DNA of 35,394 nt. It comes from a bacterium. Lineage in GTDB: Bacteria; UBA9089; CG2-30-40-21; SBAY01. A program made the position numbers and the translations under genes. Under the pieces are notes generated by a model that saw only the letters and a list, made by a program, of their open reading frames with translations, had not been told where the DNA came from and searched no databases. The stretch lies in NCBI GenBank assembly GCA_040757115.1, contig JBFLYA010000012.1, forward strand, positions 1 through 35,394, given 5' to 3'. This document shows positions 28,725-35,394 of the stretch, piece by piece; the stretch's first letter is position 1, and each line of letters begins with the position of its first letter.

Positions 28725-30722
28725 TTAATCTTTCCACCCATAGAGGTAAAGATTACCTTCTTGAAATAATAATTTTAGATATGTTTGGGCAAAGGTATTA
28801 AAACTTTCTACCTCTTCTTTGGATACACCGTTATCGGGGTAATAATAACAAAATATGACAGTGGTATTGACTAAAATATGGGTGATTTGTTTATTATCAA
28901 AATATTCCTTTATTTGAGATATATCTTTGTATGTAAAAGACTTCCATCCCCACATACTAAAATCAGGTATAAAATTTCGATGACAATAATAACCCTTTTT
29001 CTCACCTATAAAATATATTTTAGCCTCTTTGGGTAGATACTTGTTAATAAATTCCATAGCATTATAATATCCTTTTTCTGCATTTCTACGAACAAAATCT
29101 CCCTTTGACTCAAATCCTAAGATAAAGTTAATTGGATTACGGTAATGAATTATTTGAAACCCATCCCAGCTTAATATAGCTGTCCAAATGCCAAAGATGA
29201 TGATTAAAATTATCCTTTTTAAGAATTTTTTTGAATCAAAAAGGGTGTAAAAAATACTGGTTAAAACTGATGATAAAAGTGGTAATAAAGGTAGGAGGTA
29301 TCTTGAAGAATGTAATCCACAACTCCAAAGAATAAATTTAATCACTATGTAGCAAACAAGGTATACCCCTACAATTTTTAGTTTTCTTATAAAAATTAAA
29401 AGAGGTAAAAACATTAGATAAATTGGGCTAATAGTTGCTCCAAAAGGTAGCGAGCCTAAACAACCATAAATAATAACATTCCAGGGAAGAAGTAAGGAAT
29501 CAATCAAAGTTTTCCCTCCCATTGTAAATACACTATTTGATGTTTGGCCTGTAATTATGTCCATTGGAGTTAAACTTACCTTTCTTATAAATAAATCCTC
29601 CAGATAAGGATAAACGGGATTATGGGTGTAGAAAAAGTTTTTTAGATACCAGGGTGAACCTATCAGACAACAGATAATTCCAAAAATAACAAGGTTGAAT
29701 ATCATCTTTCGTAACCCTATTTTTACTATTCCAAAACCTATAACACTTAAATATAAAATAATCATCGTATGAATTCCAGGATATTTAATTCCGACGATAA
29801 AACCACACATAATTGCCAGAATTATCAGCCATCTGTTTTGATATGAAGTAATCCAATTGAGAAAGGCAAATATAGCTAAGAATTCATAAAAGGTTAAGGC
29901 TAAATCTATATAGGCTGTTCTTGAGAGAAAAATAACTAAGGGACAGATATAAAATATGGCAGAGGCTAATAAAGAACTTTTAGAATTAAAATAGCGTTGA
30001 CTTAAACCGAAGACACCAACCATAGTCAAAACACCAAATAGGAAATGAAATAATTTTGATAGGATATCACTTCCCACTAACATGCCAAGTAAATATAGCA
30101 TAGCAATATTTGCAGGAAAATTGGCAAAGGCAACATCTGGTATGTGGAATATACGGTGGTGTTCTATGAAAAGTTTAGGACCTTCAAGGTGATAGGCTAA
30201 ATCATCCCAGTCAAAAGGAGGACATAATCCGTGTAAAAAACATAATCCGCAGGTTATAACTATAAAAAATAATATAATGATCTCCTGCCCACTAAATCTT
30301 TTCAATGATAAAGATTTTATTCCTCTTGTTATTTCACCAATAGTATTCATTAACCCTTTGAATAACAGAATGATTAAAACAAATATTAATCCATAAGCAA
30401 TTTTAGGCTCAAGTAGTCCTAAAAATCCCAATCCCATGATTAAATAAGACAATATTCCAAATCCTGAACCGAGACTAAAGACTAATCTTTCCTGGATGGA
30501 GTTAAATTCAAACTTACAAATTGAAAGTATTCTAAATCCCAATGTATAGGCTAATAGAGTGATGATAATCAGTAGAAATAGGTCTTGTGCGATGGTATTT
30601 TTAAGATTAAAAAGAAGAAGATAATGAGGATATTGGTGGAGACAAAATAATAGGATTATTCCCATCCAAAGATAAAAGAATAAAGTTAATATTGATGTTA
30701 TGTTCCAACCTCTTTTTAGCAT
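28725..30722 (-). CDS. Multi-TM GT-C fold glycosyltransferase-like membrane protein
   Basis: PPFDWDDLAYHL, TAYIDL, SPWYLKN...NPVYP, RYLLP and many TM helices. ATG 30722 has AAGGA upstream; the ORF track start (GTG 30785) lies in a repeat. Confidence 0.8.
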   Translation of the reverse strand: MLKRGWNITSILTLFFYLWMGIILLFCLHQYPHYLLLFNLKNTIAQDLFLLIIITLLAYTLGFRILSICKFEFNSIQERLVFSLGSGFGILSYLIMGLGFLGLLEPKIAYGLIFVLIILLFKGLMNTIGEITRGIKSLSLKRFSGQEIIILFFIVITCGLCFLHGLCPPFDWDDLAYHLEGPKLFIEHHRIFHIPDVAFANFPANIAMLYLLGMLVGSDILSKLFHFLFGVLTMVGVFGLSQRYFNSKSSLLASAIFYICPLVIFLSRTAYIDLALTFYEFLAIFAFLNWITSYQNRWLIILAIMCGFIVGIKYPGIHTMIILYLSVIGFGIVKIGLRKMIFNLVIFGIICCLIGSPWYLKNFFYTHNPVYPYLEDLFIRKVSLTPMDIITGQTSNSVFTMGGKTLIDSLLLPWNVIIYGCLGSLPFGATISPIYLMFLPLLIFIRKLKIVGVYLVCYIVIKFILWSCGLHSSRYLLPLLPLLSSVLTSIFYTLFDSKKFLKRIILIIIFGIWTAILSWDGFQIIHYRNPINFILGFESKGDFVRRNAEKGYYNAMEFINKYLPKEAKIYFIGEKKGYYCHRNFIPDFSMWGWKSFTYKDISQIKEYFDNKQITHILVNTTVIFCYYYPDNGVSKEEVESFNTFAQTYLKLLFQEGNLYLYGWKD

Positions 30723-30834
30723 AGTCTGATTTCCTTTGGGAGATAAAGGCTTATGACCATTGTTCTGAAAATGCTTTTTTACCACGAAAACACGGAATTA
30801 CGGAAACACGGGATAAAAATCAAAATTTTGTGTC

Positions 30835-30969
30835 TCATAATTTCTGTGCCTTTTCCAATACAGCCGTGGCATAAGCCAGCCAATCTGGTGGTCTAACACG
30901 AGTTTTAGCTGGCCAGCGCTGACATCGACAAAAATCTTTAATAAACGGTGCATTGATAACCCAAATCAT
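30835..30969 (-). pseudogene. Truncated paralogous copy of the B12 radical SAM N-terminus (44 aa)
   Basis: MIWVINAPFIKDFCRCQRWPAKTRVRPPDWLAYATAVLEKAQKL* versus MKTLIINAPFIKDFCRCQRWPAKTRGRVLRMPDWLAYATAVLEEA at 27486. Confidence 0.85.
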
Positions 30970-30985
30970 TGAAATTTCCTTTGAT

Positions 30986-32068
30986 TTAAACTTGATAGGA
31001 CACTACTCTATTATATGTACTATCTCTTTCTACCGGAATTCTACCTGCCTCGGTAATCAGGTTAATTAATTCTTTTTTAGATAATTCTTGAGGTGTTTTC
31101 GCACCTGCAGAGTGGGTTATTTTCTCTTCGACTACCGTGCCATCAAGGTCATCTACGCCAAAACTCAAAGATACCTGGGCTAATTTTACCCCTAACATAA
31201 TCCAGAATGCCTTGATATGGGGAAAATTATCCAACAAAAGCCGAGAAATAGCCAGTGTTTTCAAATCTTGATAGCCGGTTGTGCCTATCCCACTTAATTC
31301 TGTATTCTCTGGATGATACGCCAGCGGGATAAATGACTTAAAACCAAAAGTTTTATCCTGTAATTCCCGCAGGGCTAAAATATGGTTCACCCGCTCTTCT
31401 ATTGTCTCTATATGTCCGTATAACATTGTGGCATTACTTTTAATCCCAAGTTTATGCGCTGTCTCCATTACCTCAAGCCAGAGTTTGCCTTCGATTTTCT
31501 TAGGGCATATCACCTTTCGAACCCTTGGCGAAAAAACCTCTGCCCCGCCTCCTGGGATTGAAGTTAATCCCGCTTGTTTTAGTTGGCTTAATGTCTTTTC
31601 CAGACTTAAATTAGCCCTCCGGGCAAAATAGTAAATTTCAACCGCGGTAAATGCCTGAAGATTAACCTGTGGAAAGGCTGAATGTAACTTAGATAGCATC
31701 TCAAGATAATACTCAAAAGGGATTTCAGGATTTAATCCCCCAACAATATGCAACTCTTTAACCCCATTTTTATCACAACCCTTCGCCTTTTCCATAATCT
31801 GGTCAATGGTTAATGTAAAAGCACCTTTCTCACCTTTGTCTTTACTATAGGCACAAAACCTACATCTATTTTCACAGATATTGGTGTAATTGATATGGCG
31901 GTTGATGATGAAATAAGCATTATTGCCATTTAGCCGTTCCCGAACTAAATTTGCCATTTCACCAATGGTGAGCAGGTCATTGGATTGAAACAACCTGACA
32001 CCATCTTCTTTACTTAATCTTTGTCCTGTGTTGACTTTTTTATAAATGTCGTTCAATAAATTTTCCAT
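30986..32068 (-). CDS. mqnE: Aminofutalosine synthase (radical SAM, futalosine menaquinone pathway)
   Basis: NRHINYTNICENRCRFC, PGGGAEVF, NATMLYGHIE, LDNFPHIKAFWIMLG, DGTVVEEKITHSAGA. Start ATG 32068 with GAGG RBS. Confidence 0.88.
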   Translation of the reverse strand: MENLLNDIYKKVNTGQRLSKEDGVRLFQSNDLLTIGEMANLVRERLNGNNAYFIINRHINYTNICENRCRFCAYSKDKGEKGAFTLTIDQIMEKAKGCDKNGVKELHIVGGLNPEIPFEYYLEMLSKLHSAFPQVNLQAFTAVEIYYFARRANLSLEKTLSQLKQAGLTSIPGGGAEVFSPRVRKVICPKKIEGKLWLEVMETAHKLGIKSNATMLYGHIETIEERVNHILALRELQDKTFGFKSFIPLAYHPENTELSGIGTTGYQDLKTLAISRLLLDNFPHIKAFWIMLGVKLAQVSLSFGVDDLDGTVVEEKITHSAGAKTPQELSKKELINLITEAGRIPVERDSTYNRVVSYQV

Positions 32069-32080
32069 ACATCCTCTAAA

Positions 32081-32261
32081 TAGTGTCGTGTTGAGTAAGT
32101 TTTGCACGGCGTATCATCAGATTTCATAACCTGCAAACGGATAATTGGTAACTGGTTAAATAGTTTCGTCCTGAGATCAGCCGAACGGTATTTAATTACC
32201 AGTTACCAATCACCAGTTACCAGAATCAAATTCCGTGCGTTATTTGTTCAACACGACACTA
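32081..32261. mobile_element. Type-E MITE-like element between ubiA/mqnP and mqnE
   Basis: Perfect 14-bp TIR TAGTGTCGTGTTGA including terminal TA, extending imperfectly to GCACGG/CCGTGC. Cargo is a TGGTAAC/GTTACCA heptamer hairpin. Confidence 0.8.
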
Positions 32262-33098
32262 GAAAATATTATCAATCCATGTCATTACAAATAAAAAAAC
32301 ACTGACCAGGCCATTTACATTGAAAAAGGCAATGTTCACCCGGCTTAAATCAGCAGGGTTGACAAGGGAGTGTTCGTATATCAACATTAAGGAGACCACA
32401 AACACGCCCATAAAGTAGGAAAGCCCAAGCTGAGCTAATACCCCAAACCATAAAAGCAAGATAACCATAAAAAAATGCATCACTCGTGAAATAATCAATG
32501 CCTTTGGAATGCCGAATCTGACTACCATTGATTGAAGTCCATAGGTTTTATCAAATTCAAAATCAAGCGTGGCGTAGATAATATCAAATCCCGCTACCCA
32601 GAAAAGAACAGCTAATCCAAGAACAAGTGGGACTAAAACAATCTCTGATTTTATGGCAATCCAAACACCGATAGGTGCTATAGCCAGAGATAAACCTAAG
32701 AAGATGTGGGTTAGCCAGGTCCAGCGTTTGGTAAAGGAGTAAAAATAAAGAATAGCCAGTGCAACTGGGGATAGATAAAAGGCAAGGTTATTGAGCATAG
32801 CGGCAGAAATAATGAAGATTATGGCTGTAGTTATCGTAAAAAGCCAGATAGATTTAACTGAAATTTCTCCCCGAACAAGGGGTCGGTTTTGCGTTCTTGG
32901 GTTAAGTGCATCAAACCTTAAATCCACCACCCGATTAAATGCCATAGCACTACTTCTGGCACTTACCATTGCCATGAGAATCCAGAATATTACCCAAAAA
33001 GAGGACCAGCCATTTTCACAAACTAACATCGACATTAAGGCAAAAGGCAGGGCAAATATGGTATGTTGAAATTTAATTAGCTCAAATATAACTCTCAT
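32259..33098 (-). CDS. ubiA: UbiA-family prenyltransferase (MqnP-type, menaquinone futalosine pathway)
   Basis: IKFQHTIFALPFA, AMAFNRVVDLRFDALNPRT..RP, GFDIIYATLD. Adjacent to mqnE. Confidence 0.9.
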   Translation of the reverse strand: MRVIFELIKFQHTIFALPFALMSMLVCENGWSSFWVIFWILMAMVSARSSAMAFNRVVDLRFDALNPRTQNRPLVRGEISVKSIWLFTITTAIIFIISAAMLNNLAFYLSPVALAILYFYSFTKRWTWLTHIFLGLSLAIAPIGVWIAIKSEIVLVPLVLGLAVLFWVAGFDIIYATLDFEFDKTYGLQSMVVRFGIPKALIISRVMHFFMVILLLWFGVLAQLGLSYFMGVFVVSLMLIYEHSLVNPADLSRVNIAFFNVNGLVSVFLFVMTWIDNIF

Positions 33099-33100
33099 AC

Positions 33101-34951
33101 TTAATACACCGGATTAGAAAGTAATTCTAATTGAATCATTAACTCTCCTTCGACCTTTTCCCAGTTAATCCCATCTTCAGAAAATGAGGAACGACCAAAA
33201 TTGTAATAATTATCTACCATTATTCCAACCTCTGCCCCTTCTATGACAGTTAAAGTGATAATATTTCGCCCTTTTTTAAGGATTAAATTAGGGTTTTGGA
33301 ACTTAAATCGCACCTGGCGAACAAAAGGACCATAAGGAATATTTTTACAATCTACCACGGAAAATAATATATCATTCATTTTGATTATTAATTTACCTCT
33401 ATCTGTGCAGGAATAGGTTAGACTTATACCTGCAGTATCAAATTTAGAGACATCCTTATTGATAATAATTTCTTTTTTTAGAATTTTCTGCGGTGTGTCC
33501 AATGTCTTTTTTATATCGCCGTGCCAATCGCCGCTATCATCCCGAAACAAAAATCCTTCCCGTTTTTCAAGACAAAATCCATCTGGATAAATCAACGGAT
33601 ATGTCCAGCCATAAAATGTGTGGAAATCAATAACCGTATAAAGAACCAGAAAAAGGATTAATGTTGCAAAAAAGGAGATTAATCTTTTACGCTGGATTTT
33701 TTTATACCAATAATAAATTGTCACGCCGGCAAAGATACTCAAATAAGGAACAATCGGCACTCTAAATCGAGATTGAATAAAGAAGAAAACAATGGCACTC
33801 ATATAGCCAAAGATAACTAAATATAAAAGAAATAAGTTTTTATTTAATCTTCCAAGACTCAGGAATAATCCCATTATTCCTAATGAAGCAACCAGCCCAA
33901 AGGGAATCATTATTCTAAGTAAAGGAGATAGTTTTAAAAATCGGTCATAAACGACATCGTTATCTGGAATTTCATAAGCATTCCAGAACACGGTAATTTT
34001 TTTAAATAAAAGTCGAAGGTATTTCTCAGGTTTTTCCTTGATAAATCTTATGGCATCCTCGCTGTAAAAGTTTTTATTTTTACTACTCATCTCATCCGCA
34101 TAAGGAGGTAAATGATAAAAACCTTCAGAATCCTCATTATTCCCAGCCCAAAAGGCAACAGGTCCCGTGGCGGTCAAAAGAATAAATTTACCGCTATATT
34201 TATAATTACGGTAGGTCACCGGGGCAAAGGTTAGAGCCATACCTAAAACAATAAGCCCACCGGCACATAAAAATCTCTTGTTCATACCCAGTCTAATCAA
34301 TAACCATAATAATAAAAATGGAAAAACTAAAAGAGTAGTGGCACGAGATAATGATGAAAGGGCTAAAATTACCCCTGCGGCAAAATACCATCTCATAGAA
34401 TTTTGTGAGACACTTTTTAAAAGGACAAAGACACTTAACAGGAGTAAAAAACTATCTAAAACGGTTGTCAAAAGCAAGGTTTCATAAACCATAAAGGCAC
34501 CATAAAGGCTACAAATCCCGGCGGCAATCATTCCAATATTTTTATTGAAAAGTTGTTTTGCAATTAAATAGACAATCAGACAAGTTCCTAATCCCATAAA
34601 TATCTGAACAATTATTGCCTTAAATGGCTCATGCCCAACAAAGGAATAGATTAAAGCCAGAAAATAAAAATATAACGGATTATAACTATAAGGCGTTTTC
34701 GATAGCGTTCCATCTAATACCTGCATAGCTAAGGCATCATAACAACCACTATCTGTGCCTTCAAAATGGAGAAAATTAGGGTCGTTATTTTTTACCTGAA
34801 ATAAAAAAATAAGCCTCAAGATTAACCCAATTAAAAGAATGCCAACTAAAATAAATTTATGTTTATGTTTTGATGGGAATTTTTTTATCTTATCTTTGAA
34901 AGAGATATGAGGTAGAGGAGTCTTTTTTTTGTGTAATTTTTTTTTAGACAT
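33101..34951 (-). CDS. GT-C fold glycosyltransferase (ArnT/PMT-like), paralog of 4939-6813
   Basis: TDSGCYD, YNPLYFYFL, SRFRVPIVPYL and a shared C-terminal domain ending ELMIQLEL. Start ATG 34951 after AGGAG; the ORF-track extension to 35059 is repeat DNA. Confidence 0.85.
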   Translation of the reverse strand: MSKKKLHKKKTPLPHISFKDKIKKFPSKHKHKFILVGILLIGLILRLIFLFQVKNNDPNFLHFEGTDSGCYDALAMQVLDGTLSKTPYSYNPLYFYFLALIYSFVGHEPFKAIIVQIFMGLGTCLIVYLIAKQLFNKNIGMIAAGICSLYGAFMVYETLLLTTVLDSFLLLLSVFVLLKSVSQNSMRWYFAAGVILALSSLSRATTLLVFPFLLLWLLIRLGMNKRFLCAGGLIVLGMALTFAPVTYRNYKYSGKFILLTATGPVAFWAGNNEDSEGFYHLPPYADEMSSKNKNFYSEDAIRFIKEKPEKYLRLLFKKITVFWNAYEIPDNDVVYDRFLKLSPLLRIMIPFGLVASLGIMGLFLSLGRLNKNLFLLYLVIFGYMSAIVFFFIQSRFRVPIVPYLSIFAGVTIYYWYKKIQRKRLISFFATLILFLVLYTVIDFHTFYGWTYPLIYPDGFCLEKREGFLFRDDSGDWHGDIKKTLDTPQKILKKEIIINKDVSKFDTAGISLTYSCTDRGKLIIKMNDILFSVVDCKNIPYGPFVRQVRFKFQNPNLILKKGRNIITLTVIEGAEVGIMVDNYYNFGRSSFSEDGINWEKVEGELMIQLELLSNPVY

Positions 34952-35360
34952 ACCATTCTCCTGAAAATAGGAAGTAGAGAGTAGAAAGTAGAGAGTAGAG
35001 AGAAAATCTTTCCTCCACCCTGTTTTTCCCCTATTTTCATTCTCCTGTTGTGAACCCACGGTTCATGAGCATTTCTCCTGAAAATCGGGACTTGGGACTC
35101 GGGAAGAAAGAAACTCTCAGCAATTCCCCCTTAATAAAGGGGGTTAGGGGGTTGTCCTTCTCCCATTTTCATTGCCCTTTGTGAGCCTTGGCTCATGTCC
35201 GTTTCTCCTGAAAATAGCCGTAAGAATAGAACACGGATGACACGGATTTAACGGATTTTCGCTGATTTTTTTCTCTTTTTTCTGTCTTCTATCTGCTCTC
35301 CGCGAATATCCGCATCATCAGCGTCATCAGCGTGCTATTATTTTTCATCGTCCTCGTATA
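34952..35360 (-). repeat. Tandem array of type-B units
   Basis: On the minus strand, full junctions ATTTTCAGGAGAAA..CATG-hairpin-ACAA..ATGAAAAT lie at 35215-35165 and 35085-35033, with a terminal ATTTTCAGGAGAA at 34968-34956. 35123-35215 matches 13951-14043 at 90/93. Confidence 0.85.
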
Positions 35361-35394
35361 ATATATATTGTTGGTCATTTTGAATGCCACAATC

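Noticed and set aside
34952-35059. N-terminal extension of the GT-C ORF to 35059 (likewise mqnE to 32107)
   Set aside because: The extensions lie in type-B and type-E element DNA. The paralog alignment and RBS positions favour 34951 and 32068.

Overview
AT-rich bacterial chromosome segment built around the rpmG-tRNA(Trp)-secE-nusG-rplK-rplA-rplJ-rplL-rpoB-rpoC cluster (+ strand). The cluster is split twice. About 8.2 kb between nusG and rplK holds a decayed HUH/RAYT transposase, gene fragments, a GT-C glycosyltransferase and a 1589-aa secreted beta-helix/Ig/cohesin/dockerin protein. About 1 kb between rplJ and rplL holds a repeat array and a retropepsin-like protease. After rpoC there is no rpsL. 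A convergent minus-strand block follows instead: GT-C, UbiA/MqnP, MqnE, a second GT-C, a B12 radical SAM enzyme, GT4 and GT2. It is interrupted by a PD-(D/E)XK-like gene with a strong internal RBS, resembling the Rpn toxin/intragenic antitoxin layout. The most striking unexplained structure is in the intergenic DNA. Most larger gaps are filled with nested hairpin elements with at least five distinct end types (labelled A-E here) that share short-period repeat and REP-like cargo. These elements truncate antitoxin and GxxExxY genes, supply stop codons (rpoC, ubiA) and supply RBS/start codons (protease, GT-C). All family assignments come from motif recognition by eye; no database search was run.
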